64,000 nucleotides of DNA, from the NCBI GenBank assembly GCA_963695545.1, contig OY968796.1, positions 3,168,001-3,232,000 on the forward strand. Reading direction: 5' to 3'. This document shows positions 1-9,809 of the stretch, in pieces (the first letter of the stretch is position 1; every line of letters begins with the position of its first letter). This stretch comes from Terriglobia bacterium (GTDB lineage: Bacteria; Acidobacteriota; Terriglobia; Acidiferrales; UBA7541). Made by a program: the position numbers and the translations under genes. The notes beneath the pieces were generated by a model, which did no database searches, was not told the DNA's origin, and saw only the letters and a program-made list of their open reading frames with translations.

Positions 1-956
1 TCGGCGTGGATCATCCAGATGCGATCGACTTTTTGCCACAAGCCTTCGTGGCAATACATGATCAGGTCGGGATCGGTCGGCGAAAATAGCATGTGCCCGA
101 TCCAGTCCGTCGAGTGGAACAGGACCTTCATGTCGCCGGCCTTTTCGCCGTTCGGGCCGGGCTCCAAGCGAATCACGAACATCACCACGGGAATGCGCGC
201 GGCGAGTCGCCGCTCCATCATCTGTCCTTTTTGATTCGACTGCACGAGACCGCCCGGCGCGGGTGCCGCGGCGCCGGCGGCGGGAACCGGTGGCGCGGGC
301 GGCGGCGTGGGCGGCGCGATCGAATCGGGGGTGGGGCCTTCGTTGTAGGTGCCCACGCCGAGAGTCTCATCGGCGTTCACGCTGGCCACCATGATGCCCG
401 CGGGGAGATCGATCAGCTTGCGAATCGCGCCGGTATTTGTGTCCGCCTTGTAGATCGCGCTCGTACGAGTCGCCGGATCCATTTGCGTGTAGAAGACGCT
501 ATCGGTTTTGTGGCCCACAACGATGGCGTGAACGCCGAACATGAAGCGCGCGCGCGGCGATGCGTCGGCATCGGCCGGCGGAGGCTGATTCGGCACGAGC
601 AGCCGCGTCTTCATCGTGGCCAGATCGAGCACGCGGATGCCTTCGCGAGAGGTGTACACCATTTGTTTGCCGTCGGGCGTGTAGGCATTTACGTTGAAGT
701 AGAAGGCGCTGGAGTTTGGCTCGTCCGAGACGCGCCAGACGCGATGTCCGGTATCTTTGTCGACCCACGTTTTCGGCGGCACCGGGCCCGCTGCGGAGGG
801 CATGGCCATGCCTTGCATCGGCGCGGCGGCGGGCGGAGCTGCTTGCTGGCTCCCGATACTTTGCGCGCGCGCCGCAATCGCGGCGCCTCCGGCGATGGCG
901 ATCACGAATGCACTGACTGCGCAACAGAACTGGATCGAAAGGCGACTCGGCCTCAT
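1..956 (-). CDS. Secreted oligogalacturonate lyase family protein (beta-propeller), C-terminus runs off the left edge
   Basis: Missing from the ORF track because there is no stop in the window. Manual translation from ATG 956 (AGGAGG RBS upstream): signal peptide MRPSRLSIQFCCAVSAFVIAIAGG, then WVDKDTGHRVWRVSDEPNSSAFYFNVNAYTPDGK and WIGHMLFSPTDPDLIMYCHEGLWQKVDRIW, typical of the Ogl family. Confidence 0.8.
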   Translation of the reverse strand, partial: MRPSRLSIQFCCAVSAFVIAIAGGAAIAARAQSIGSQQAAPPAAAPMQGMAMPSAAGPVPPKTWVDKDTGHRVWRVSDEPNSSAFYFNVNAYTPDGKQMVYTSREGIRVLDLATMKTRLLVPNQPPPADADASPRARFMFGVHAIVVGHKTDSVFYTQMDPATRTSAIYKADTNTGAIRKLIDLPAGIMVASVNADETLGVGTYNEGPTPDSIAPPTPPPAPPVPAAGAAAPAPGGLVQSNQKGQMMERRLAARIPVVMFVIRLEPGPNGEKAGDMKVLFHSTDWIGHMLFSPTDPDLIMYCHEGLWQKVDRIWMIHA

Positions 957-1147
957 TAAATTGTCCTCCTGGTGGACGCACGCGATGCTGCGGTCAGTGA
1001 AATCCCGAATGGCGCGCGCGAATCGACGCGCAAGCAGATGGGACCGCTCGGTTTCCGAGTATGGCTGCTCGGGTCACCTCCATAGACGCCGCTCGCCCGC
1101 ATCGCGTTTCGACGCGGACGAGCTCGCTCGACGCGCCCGGCGCGCGG

Positions 1148-1176
1148 TTGACACTCGGCGCGGTGGCCGGTAGCCT
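1148..1176 (+). promoter_or_regulatory. Sigma70-like promoter for the reductase operon
   Basis: TTGACA-17 nt-TAGCCT, ~55 nt upstream of GTG 1230; GGAG RBS present. Confidence 0.55.
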
Positions 1177-1229
1177 GTTCTTGTGGGGAACCGCGTGCAT
1201 GCCGGCGGTTTAAACTGGAGACGAACAAG

Positions 1230-3485
1230 GTGAAGGCCTCGAACGCATCGTGGGCGCAGCGTCTCTCCGGGAAGATTCCGGAGGCTTTGGCGCATGAAAT
1301 CGACGCGTTTGAGATCGATATCGATCTGCGCAAGCAGGGCAAGGTCGATGAGCGCCTGTTTGCCGAAACGCGGCTTCGGCGCGGCGCCTACGGACAGCGC
1401 TATGACAACGGCCACAGGCACAACGGGAAATCCGTTCTGGACGTCGTTTATCCCTCCGGCACGCTCACCAAAGGTCCGAACACCATGTGGGACGCGCCCG
1501 GCATGCAGCGCATCAAGATTCCTGCGGGCGGCCTGAACGCCGAGCAGCTTGAGACGCTAGCGGAACTGGCCGAAGAATATTCGGACACCATCGCGCACAT
1601 TACCACCCGCCAGGATTTTCAGCTGCACTACGTGCAGATTGACGACACGCCCAGCCTGATGCGCCGCTTGGCCGCCGCCAATATCACCACTCGCGAGGCG
1701 TGCGGAAATTCCGTGCGTAACGTGACGGCGTGCCCTTACGCCGGCACGTGCACGGACGAAACTTTCGACGTCACTCCGTACGCACGCGCGCTCTCGAAAT
1801 TTCTGCTCGGCCATCCGGACGCCCAGAATTTTGGCCGGAAATTCAAGCCGTCGTTCAGCGGCTGCGCGCAGCACGCGTGCGGCCTGGCGAGAATGCACGA
1901 CCTTGGATTGATCGCCGCCACGCGCATCGAAAACGGAAAGCAGAAGCGCGGCTTTGAAATGTTCGTCGGCGGCGGGCTCGGCGCGGTGCCCTACCAGGCG
2001 AAATTGTTCGATTCGTTTATTCCCGTCGAGGAATTGCTGCCGCTCGCGCAATCGATCGCCCGGGTTTTCGCCAGGCTCGGCGAGAAAAAGAATCGCAGCC
2101 GCGCGCGGATCAAATTCCTGATACAGGATTTGGGCATCGAGAAATTCAAGGAGTTAGTTCTCGAAGAACGCGCGACGCTGCCGTTCGATCCGCGATGGAC
2201 CGAATTCGTGAACGACGCCGAGCATTTCGAGGAAGAGCCGCTCAAGCCGGCCGGCGAATTGCCGCTATTGACGACAGTGGGCTTCGAGCGCTGGCGGAAA
2301 ACCAACACTCGGCCGCAGAAGCAGCCGGGCTACGTGGTCGTCACGGTGACGTTGCCACTCGGCGACATCACCGCAAATCAGTTGCGGTCTCTCGCGGATA
2401 TCGTGCGCCGCTTTACTCGCGAAACGGTGCGCACCACGGTCGAGCAGAATTTCGTGATTCGCTGGGTGAGCAAGAGCGATTTGCCGGAGCTTTACAAGGC
2501 GCTTGATGCCGTGGGCCTGGGCGATCCGGGTGCAGGCGCGATCGTGGACATCGTGGCGTGCCCTGGAACCGACACCTGCAAACTGGGAATCTCTTCGTCG
2601 CGCGGCCTCGCAGCCGAATTGCGAAAAAGGTTGGACGAGAAAAGCGTCGAGGTCGACGAGTCCGTTGAAAATCTGCACATCAAAATCAGCGGCTGCTTCA
2701 ATAGTTGCGGGCAGCATCACGTCGCGGACCTGGGTTTCTATGGCGTGAGCCGCAAAATCGCGGGCTACGCGGTGCCGCATTTCCAGGTGGTCCTCGGAGG
2801 CGAGTGGGCGAATAACGGCGGTTCTTATGGCTTGCCCGTCGTGGCCATTCCGTCCAAGAGAATTCCTGAAGTCGTCGCGCGGCTCACAGGAAAATATGTT
2901 GCCAAACGCACCAAGGGCGAAACATTCAAAGATTTCGTGAAGCGCATCGGCAAAGTTGAGTTGAAGGCTGAGCTGGAAGATCTGGCTCGCCCGCCGTCGG
3001 ATCCGACCGATCGTTCGCTGTTCAGCGATTGGGGCGATCCGCGCGAATACACGCTCGGAGATATGGGCGTCGGCGAATGCGCCGGCGAAGTGGTGTCCGC
3101 TGTCGAATTCGATCTCGCCGCGGCGGAGCGCGAAGTCTTCGAGGCCGAGGTGGCGTACGAGAAGGGCGCCGTCGAGCAGGCCGGCAAGACCGCCTATGTC
3201 GCCATGCTGCACGGCGCGAAGGCGCTGGTGAAGCTCGCCAATCCGAATATCTCCGACGATCCCGACCGCATCGTCTCCGAATTTCGGGCGCTCTATTACG
3301 ACACGCAGAAATTCTGGGACCCATTCGCGGGCGGGAAATTCGCGAATTACTTGTTCGATGCTCACCGCAAATCGAGCGAGGCGTACACTTCCGATTCCAG
3401 CCGTTATCTGATCGATGAAGCCCAGCTTTTTATGGACGCGGCGCACAATTGTTACAATCAGCTGGGCACGTCGGTATCCGTTTAG
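1230..3485 (+). CDS. Siroheme/[4Fe-4S] sulfite/nitrite reductase with C-terminal HEPN-like helical extension
   Basis: MQRIKIPAGG, HITTRQDFQ, ACGNSVRN, RKFK, ACPGTDTC...SGCFNSCGQH (CX5C/CX3C ligands); extra ~130 aa helical tail. Confidence 0.88.
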   Translation: MKASNASWAQRLSGKIPEALAHEIDAFEIDIDLRKQGKVDERLFAETRLRRGAYGQRYDNGHRHNGKSVLDVVYPSGTLTKGPNTMWDAPGMQRIKIPAGGLNAEQLETLAELAEEYSDTIAHITTRQDFQLHYVQIDDTPSLMRRLAAANITTREACGNSVRNVTACPYAGTCTDETFDVTPYARALSKFLLGHPDAQNFGRKFKPSFSGCAQHACGLARMHDLGLIAATRIENGKQKRGFEMFVGGGLGAVPYQAKLFDSFIPVEELLPLAQSIARVFARLGEKKNRSRARIKFLIQDLGIEKFKELVLEERATLPFDPRWTEFVNDAEHFEEEPLKPAGELPLLTTVGFERWRKTNTRPQKQPGYVVVTVTLPLGDITANQLRSLADIVRRFTRETVRTTVEQNFVIRWVSKSDLPELYKALDAVGLGDPGAGAIVDIVACPGTDTCKLGISSSRGLAAELRKRLDEKSVEVDESVENLHIKISGCFNSCGQHHVADLGFYGVSRKIAGYAVPHFQVVLGGEWANNGGSYGLPVVAIPSKRIPEVVARLTGKYVAKRTKGETFKDFVKRIGKVELKAELEDLARPPSDPTDRSLFSDWGDPREYTLGDMGVGECAGEVVSAVEFDLAAAEREVFEAEVAYEKGAVEQAGKTAYVAMLHGAKALVKLANPNISDDPDRIVSEFRALYYDTQKFWDPFAGGKFANYLFDAHRKSSEAYTSDSSRYLIDEAQLFMDAAHNCYNQLGTSVSV

Positions 3486-3544
3486 TTCGTTCGCGGTTCT
3501 GAGCGACACAATTACCCTGAAGTTCTCACGAGGAACGCCGCCCG

Positions 3545-4126
3545 ATGGAGTTGCAGCACGTCAACGTGAAGCTGTTCATCGAAAAACCCGGTGAGGTAGA
3601 TCTCGCCGCGTTGATACCGGTATTTCAGAAGTGGATCGAAGGTCAGATCTTCGGCGGCCTGCTGCTCGATATCGCCGATTACAGTCACTTGCATGCCGGA
3701 CCCGGAGTGGTGCTGATCGGTTTCGACGGCGATTACAGCGTGGACAACACAAATAATCGGCTAGGTGTGCGCTACAACCGCAAGGCCGTGCTCGGCGGCA
3801 GCAATCAGAATCGCTTGGAGCAGGCTATGCGCGCGGCGCTTTCCGCCTTTGCGAGATTGGAAGCCGAATCGCGATTAGAAGGGAAGCTACGCTTTGATGG
3901 CCGCGAGATCGAAGTTTTCATCAACGATCGCCTTCTCGCTCCCGATAGCGACGCCACTCGAAAAGCTGCCGACGCCGATTTCCGGAAGTTTTTCGAGAGG
4001 CTATTTCGCGGCGCTGGTTCGCTCTCTGCCGCGAAGGAAGAAGATCCGCGCAGGCTCTTCAGCGTAACGGCGAAGGCCTCGCGGCGGTTCTCTATCGCGG
4101 AATTATTGGCGAACCTCGATTCCTGA
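3545..4126 (+). CDS. Hypothetical protein downstream of, and probably co-transcribed with, the reductase
   Basis: 193 aa globular-looking ORF (LLDIADYSHLHAGPGVVLIG), same strand, 59 nt after the reductase stop. Confidence 0.75.
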   Translation: MELQHVNVKLFIEKPGEVDLAALIPVFQKWIEGQIFGGLLLDIADYSHLHAGPGVVLIGFDGDYSVDNTNNRLGVRYNRKAVLGGSNQNRLEQAMRAALSAFARLEAESRLEGKLRFDGREIEVFINDRLLAPDSDATRKAADADFRKFFERLFRGAGSLSAAKEEDPRRLFSVTAKASRRFSIAELLANLDS

Positions 4127-4186
4127 ATCGCGCGAAATCCGCGGCACCACGTCACGGAGGTTAGCGAGCGAAATGGACGGCCGAGA

Positions 4187-5167
4187 TTAGGGACGGAAGT
4201 AGTAGCTGCCCTTGGCCAGGATCACGTAATCGCGTCCCTTGTTTCCAAACGAGGGCACCAGACGCACATCCAGTTTGTGCGGTTTGCCGCCGACTTCACT
4301 TGCGGAAGTGTAGTAGCCGAGCGTGTAGCGCGTCCGGATGCGCTCGAGCAGCGCGCTGAACACGGAGCTCAGATGCGCCGTGTCCGGCACATCGAAAATT
4401 TCCCCACCCGACGCTTCCGCGACTTTTCCGATGTTCACCAGGCCGGGAATCGAAGCCGCGTACATTTTGGTTGCCGGCGGGTTGTAGCCCGGAATCTTTA
4501 AGTTGTAGACCGAAGCGTCCGCCGCGATGGTTTCGGTGATGATATCGCGCGTGCCCTGCGCGCCTGCGTCGGTGCCCACGTCGTCGCTAATCAAGATAAT
4601 CACGCGGCGGCCCTGCGGCGCCGTGGTCAGAAAATTCTCGGCCGCGATGAAAATTCCGTCGTTGATGTTCGTCGCGCCGCCGGCCTTCAGCGTGCTGATC
4701 GCGGCGGCGATGCTGGTTTTGTCTTTCGTCAGCGGCACCAGAAGTTGCGCGTCGGTTGCGAACGTAAACAGCGCCACTTGGTCCTCGGGCTTTAGCGTCG
4801 CCAGCGCGGTGGTCGCAGCGTCGCGCAGCGGACCGAGAAACGGACCGATCGAATCGCTGAGATCGAGCACCAGCGCGACGTTCAGCGGCAATTCATCTCG
4901 GCTGAACAGCGCGATTTTCTGCGCGACGCCGTCTTCGCGAACCTCGAAATCCGATTGCTTCAGATCGCCCATGATCTGGCCGGACTTGGTCTTCACGGTC
5001 GCGTCCAGCATCACGAGATTTGAGTTCACGTGAATGGCGGTGTCGTCGTCCTGGGCTTGCACCGAGACCTGTGGCCAGCGCGCGAGAGCGGCGGACAGAA
5101 AAACCAAAACGAACACTGGAGTAAGCAGGCTGAGGATGCGCATTCGGCGGCGCGGGAGTCTAGACAT
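4187..5167 (-). CDS. VWA-domain protein (Acidobacteria VWFA type)
   Basis: Signal peptide, IHVNSNLVMLDATV, MIDAS DLSDS, IILISD, YTLGY; start uncertain (5167 or 5143). Confidence 0.85.
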   Translation of the reverse strand: MSRLPRRRMRILSLLTPVFVLVFLSAALARWPQVSVQAQDDDTAIHVNSNLVMLDATVKTKSGQIMGDLKQSDFEVREDGVAQKIALFSRDELPLNVALVLDLSDSIGPFLGPLRDAATTALATLKPEDQVALFTFATDAQLLVPLTKDKTSIAAAISTLKAGGATNINDGIFIAAENFLTTAPQGRRVIILISDDVGTDAGAQGTRDIITETIAADASVYNLKIPGYNPPATKMYAASIPGLVNIGKVAEASGGEIFDVPDTAHLSSVFSALLERIRTRYTLGYYTSASEVGGKPHKLDVRLVPSFGNKGRDYVILAKGSYYFRP

Positions 5168-5619
5168 TGCGTGTGACGATTGCCTCGTTTCTTTTTCGGC
5201 TGCATTCCAACAATGAGTTCTACGCAAGGATGACCGGGACTGCCGATTTTATCCAGCGATAGTGCGGCGGACCCGGCTCACGGTGGAATGGTCGTGGCCG
5301 GCGGCTGCTTCCCGAACTGGAACCGCACCGGCCGCAATTGGGATTAGATGCCTAAATCCCGAACCGGGTTGAAATCTTCGCCGCGTTAAGAATCAGCAAT
5401 TTACCCAGCGCAATCAGCGATTCTGACAATAAACGCGCAATCGCCGCGTTTGGTAAACGTATTGCATTGTTCACGTGTGGCAGCTGCTTGGATTGGATAC
5501 TGCCCGAAATATGTTTCTCCCCTCAAAGCATATTGATTTCGATCACAGAGGGGACGTAAGTGCGCTCAAAGGGCCGAAGCTGCGGTTCCGGGATCGCCGC
5601 GACAATTGAGGAGGCCGTG

Positions 5620-7749
5620 ATGAAATTTGCGACATTGGCGAGATTATCGAGGTTGGGCCGGCTGGGGCGGTATCTGATCGCTGCGCTGGCGCTGATGTTT
5701 GCTCTCGCGCCAGCACTTCGCGCGAACGACACAGCCGCGCCGCAACCAACGGTGAGTCCTGCCCCCGGCTCGACCGCCATCGCGGCGCCGAGCGCAACGC
5801 CCGCGCCAGCGCCGCAGCCTACGCCGAGCGCGGCACCGAGCCTCGCCGATCCGGTGGATTCATTCTCGAGCGTTGAAACGGACGTGGCGAACGCCGCGGT
5901 TGCGACCACGCCCGCGCCATTCGGACTCTTCACGCCGATGTGGGCGATGCCGCCATCGCTGGTGCGCGACGAAGCGCGTGGTGAAAGCGCGGGCATGGCC
6001 CAGCATCCCTGGGGAGAGCCGGGCGATTATCCGAAGTGGGAGCTATTCCTGGGCTACTCTTTCTGGCAAGCCACTCCGGAGACCAATCGCAACCGCATCC
6101 TGTATATGAACGGCGGCAACGCGTCCACCGCCTACAACGTCACGGAGCACGTCGGCTTCGTCCTCGATTTCTCGGGCTTCGGTGACACCAGAGTGCGTCT
6201 GCCGCTCAACGGCATCCCTCCGACGAAAGAATATGACTCGAGCGGGAATGTACTCACGTTCATGGTCGGTCCGCGTGTTTCCTTCCGCCACGAACGGATA
6301 ACTCCGTTCGGCCAAGTCTTGTTCGGGTCCGTGCTCGCCAGTGCGGTCACGCTCGATGGATGCACCGGCACTCTTGCCGCGTGCAGGCCTCTCGCGGAAG
6401 AAAGAGTCTACGGCGCCACAGCCGGAGGCGGTCTGGATTTCACATTAAGCCGGCACATCGCGCTGAGATTGTTTCAAGTGGAATACCTGCTCACCGGATT
6501 CAGGAACGCCGCCTCGCCAACCGGAATGAAAAGTTGGGAAGGCAATCTGCGCATCTCCACGGGAGTTGTGTTTCGCTTCGGCGGAAATCCGCCACCGCCT
6601 CCGCCGAATCATCCGCCGGTTGCTTCGTGCTCCGCTGACAAAAGCGTGGTCTTCGTCGGTTCGGGAGACGTGGTGATGGTGCGCGCGGATGCCAGCGATC
6701 CGGATAATGATCCTCTCACGTATATGTGGTCGGCTGATGGCGGCGCCGTGGATGGCACGGGCGCGCAAGTCCACTGGAATTCCTCCGGCGTGAGCGTGGG
6801 AACCTACACTGTGCGCGTCACTGTGAGCGATGGACGCGGTGGCACCGCGGCCTGCTCGGCGGGCATTCAAGTCGCGCCACGGCCCGATCACCCGCCGACA
6901 ATGACCTGCTCGGCGGACCGCACCAGCGTAAACATCGGCGATTTGGTGCAGATCACGGCCACGGCCAACTCTCCGGACAACGATCCTCTGACGTATTCCT
7001 GGACAGCGAGCGGTGGAAACATTCGCGGCACGGGAGCGGCGGTGCAGTTCGATACCGGCGGCGTGGTGGCGGGGCACTATTCGGTGTCGGGTCACGTAGA
7101 CGATGGCAACGGCGGCAGCGCCGATTGCTCGCTGGGAATTGAAGTGCACGAACCGCCGCCATCGCCTCAAATGATGGCGCTCGAAGGCAGACTGTCCCTG
7201 CACAGCATTTATTTCGCGACGGCTCGCCCGACGGCGGAAAATCCCGAAGGCGGTTTGCTCGACAGCCAGCAGAAAACTTTGCTGGCCCTGGCGGCCGACT
7301 TCCAAAGTTATTTGACGTTCAGCCCGAACGCCCACTTAATTCTTGGCGGGCACGCGGATAAGCGCGGTTCGGAGGAATACAACAAGGCTCTGACGGAGCG
7401 TCGCGTCGACCGCACCAGGAGCTTCCTCGTGGAGCACGGCGTGCCCTCGGCCGACATCGAAACGCAAGCGTTCGGCAAAGACGACGATCTGGATGCGGAG
7501 CAAGTGAAATCGCAAATCGCCACCGATCCGGATTTGACCCCGGCCGATAAGCAACAAATGTTGGAAAACATGCAGGTGATGGTCCTGGCCAACAATCGGC
7601 GCGTGGACGTTTCTTTGAGCACGACCGGCCAACAATCCACGCACCGGTATCCATTCAACACCGCGGATTTCCTCGCGCTGATCAACACCACGGACAAAAC
7701 GCATCGCAGGCCCGCGGCGATGGCGCCAAGGAAGAAACCTCAGCAGTAG
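5620..7749 (+). CDS. OmpA-family outer membrane protein: beta-barrel, two Ig/PKD-like repeats, OmpA_C domain
   Basis: GAGG RBS before ATG 5620; signal peptide; barrel ending ISTGVVFRFG; polyPro; two PP..CSAD..DNDPLTY.W repeats; GHADKRGSEEYNKALTERR and NRRVDV. Confidence 0.85.
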   Translation: MKFATLARLSRLGRLGRYLIAALALMFALAPALRANDTAAPQPTVSPAPGSTAIAAPSATPAPAPQPTPSAAPSLADPVDSFSSVETDVANAAVATTPAPFGLFTPMWAMPPSLVRDEARGESAGMAQHPWGEPGDYPKWELFLGYSFWQATPETNRNRILYMNGGNASTAYNVTEHVGFVLDFSGFGDTRVRLPLNGIPPTKEYDSSGNVLTFMVGPRVSFRHERITPFGQVLFGSVLASAVTLDGCTGTLAACRPLAEERVYGATAGGGLDFTLSRHIALRLFQVEYLLTGFRNAASPTGMKSWEGNLRISTGVVFRFGGNPPPPPPNHPPVASCSADKSVVFVGSGDVVMVRADASDPDNDPLTYMWSADGGAVDGTGAQVHWNSSGVSVGTYTVRVTVSDGRGGTAACSAGIQVAPRPDHPPTMTCSADRTSVNIGDLVQITATANSPDNDPLTYSWTASGGNIRGTGAAVQFDTGGVVAGHYSVSGHVDDGNGGSADCSLGIEVHEPPPSPQMMALEGRLSLHSIYFATARPTAENPEGGLLDSQQKTLLALAADFQSYLTFSPNAHLILGGHADKRGSEEYNKALTERRVDRTRSFLVEHGVPSADIETQAFGKDDDLDAEQVKSQIATDPDLTPADKQQMLENMQVMVLANNRRVDVSLSTTGQQSTHRYPFNTADFLALINTTDKTHRRPAAMAPRKKPQQ

Positions 7750-7766
7750 CATTCGCAATCGTGGTT

Positions 7767-7806
7767 GGGGCGGCGCGGCGCCGCGTTCGCGACGCCGCGC
7801 TGCCCC
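7767..7806 (+). terminator. GC-rich hairpin after the ompA-family stop
   Basis: GGGGCGGCGCGGCGCCGCG-TT-CGCGACGCCGCGCTGCCCC; no U-tract. Confidence 0.4.
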
Positions 7807-7892
7807 GCACGCGTCCCCGATTCGCGCAACGGAATTTGCATCGAACATGCGGGCGACGCCGCCCGTGCAGAGCGACACTCCCGAGAGATTCG

Positions 7893-7965
7893 GATGGGTT
7901 GCCGGTCCCCCCCGCAGCCAATCTTTGAATGCAGGCAGGCCGGGCTCTCCGCCCGGCTTTTCTGT
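7893..7965 (+). ncRNA. Candidate small RNA: C-rich-loop hairpin plus intrinsic terminator (possibly Acido-Lenti-1-like)
   Basis: GATGGGTTGC-CGGTCCCCCCC-GCAGCCAATC stem-loop followed by GCCGGG-ctctccg-CCCGGC-TTTT; family name is from memory and unverified. Confidence 0.45.
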
Positions 7966-7977
7966 TTCTGGACGCGT

Positions 7978-8154
7978 TTACTCCAGAGCTTTGGCGCCGA
8001 AGCGGGCGAGGGCGTCGCCTTGCAATGAATAGGTGATTTCGATCGGTCTGCAGCAGACTTCGCAATCCTCGATGTAGGTTTGATGAGGGATCGATGGGTC
8101 CAGGACCATCGAGATCTGCTCTCCGCAGTGCGGGCAGCTGAAAAAATGTTCCAC
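7978..8154 (-). CDS. CPXCG-motif cysteine-rich small protein
   Basis: GTG start with GGAGG RBS; SCPHCGE...YIEDCEVCCRPI. Confidence 0.85.
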   Translation of the reverse strand: MEHFFSCPHCGEQISMVLDPSIPHQTYIEDCEVCCRPIEITYSLQGDALARFGAKALE

Positions 8155-8432
8155 TGCGCCTCCGCGCGATCGTGTGGGACGTCTTAGCGGCACATCGTAG
8201 CAAACGAGGCGTCGCCGCACAGTGCAATATTTTGTTGGACGAACGGCAACGGCGATCCGCGTCGAGCATTGCGCGGCGAAGTGGCAGGGTGTACATTTTT
8301 ATTCCGCTGTCGCCCTTCCGGGGGGCTCTAGCGAGCGGCAATTTGGCCGGAAGGGAAGTCGCAAGCTAGGATTTCCACAGACGCCCTGATGGGGCTCGGC
8401 AGGTCCAGACAAGGCCAGGCAAAAAAACAACC

Positions 8433-9686
8433 ATGCTCAAACTCTCGAAGTATTCGCTCGGCGTAGGGGACCGCTTCGCGCAGGAAGCCGAAGCGCAGTT
8501 ACGCGCGTTCGTGATCGCGCTGGAAAAGGGCGTGGAAGTGATCCCGGTGTGGAATAAATCCAATCGCGAGCATCTGATCGTCGGCTCGGAGCCGCCGAGC
8601 GTGCGCGCCGCGGCTGAAGTGGCCGTGAAAAAACTCGGCTGGAAGTTACCGTGGCACGTGGATGCCGACCACATTCGGCTCGACACCGTGGATCGGTTCG
8701 TATCCACCTCGGATTTCTTCACCATCGATGTAGCCGATTCGATCGGCAAACCAGCCGCAGCGGAGTACGTGCAAGCGCTCGCGGCGCGCCACTCTGAACT
8801 GATCGGGCGGGTGGCGATTCCCGGTATCGAAGAAAGTTTTCAAACAACGCGAGCCGAAATCGAACGCATCGCGAACAAATTTCTTTTTGCCGTGCAAGAG
8901 GCGGGGCAAATTTATCGGCACGTCGCGAAGATGAAGGGCGAAGGCAGCTTCATCGCGGAAGTTTCGATGGACGAGACGGATTCGCCGCAGACGCCGGTTG
9001 AATTGCTGCTGATTCTGGCGGCGTTGGCGGATGAGAAGGTGCCGATCCAGACCGTCGCGCCGAAATTTACCGGCCGCTTCAATAAGGGCGTGGATTACGT
9101 GGGCAACCTCGCGCTGTTTGAAAAAGAGTTCGGCGACGACATCGCGGTGATTGCGTTTGCGGTTAAAAAGTACGGGTTGCCCGACAATTTGAAATTGAGC
9201 GTGCATTCCGGCAGCGATAAATTCTCGATTTACGCGCCTATTCACCGCGCGATCCGCCGGCACAATGCAGGGTTGCATTTAAAGACCGCGGGGACCACCT
9301 GGCTTGAAGAACTCATCGGCCTCGCCGAAGCGGGCGGCGCGGGGTTGCAGCTTGCAAAACAGATTTACACCGAGGCGCTCGCGCACGTGGAAGAATTGAG
9401 CGCGCCGTACGCGGCGGTGATCGATATCGACCCCGCGAAATTGCCGTCGGCCGCCACGGTTGCGCAGTGGAGCGGCGCCCAATTCGCGGCTGCTTTGCGG
9501 CACGATCCCAAATCGAAAGAATTCAACGCGAGCCTGCGGCAATTGCTGCATGTGGGATATAAAATCGCGGCGAAGAAGGGCGACGAATATCTGAAATTGG
9601 TTCGCTCTTCCCAGGCCACCATCAGCCGAAACGTCACCGAAAATCTTTACGAGCGGCACCTGAAGCCGGTTTTTCTGGACGCGTGA
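8433..9686 (+). CDS. uxaE: Tagaturonate/fructuronate epimerase, UxaE family
   Basis: SLGVGDRF, DADHI, EVSMDET, APKFTGRFNKGVDY, KLSVHSGSDKF, HLKTAGTTWLE. Confidence 0.88.
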   Translation: MLKLSKYSLGVGDRFAQEAEAQLRAFVIALEKGVEVIPVWNKSNREHLIVGSEPPSVRAAAEVAVKKLGWKLPWHVDADHIRLDTVDRFVSTSDFFTIDVADSIGKPAAAEYVQALAARHSELIGRVAIPGIEESFQTTRAEIERIANKFLFAVQEAGQIYRHVAKMKGEGSFIAEVSMDETDSPQTPVELLLILAALADEKVPIQTVAPKFTGRFNKGVDYVGNLALFEKEFGDDIAVIAFAVKKYGLPDNLKLSVHSGSDKFSIYAPIHRAIRRHNAGLHLKTAGTTWLEELIGLAEAGGAGLQLAKQIYTEALAHVEELSAPYAAVIDIDPAKLPSAATVAQWSGAQFAAALRHDPKSKEFNASLRQLLHVGYKIAAKKGDEYLKLVRSSQATISRNVTENLYERHLKPVFLDA

Positions 9687-9809
9687 TGCCGTAAGGGCGC
9701 TTTACGTTTGCGGACGCGGGGAACAGATGCGTGCTCGCGCGACGGCTCCCTTCGATTTACAATTGCTTGAGCAGAGAGAAATCCACACCGAAAGGCAGAC
9801 CACCAGTTC

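Noticed and set aside
93..959. Plus-strand 288 aa ORF
   Set aside because: Antisense shadow of the Ogl-family gene
5478..5492. Sigma54 promoter upstream of the ompA-family gene
   Set aside because: TGGCA is present but the -12 GC is missing at the required spacing
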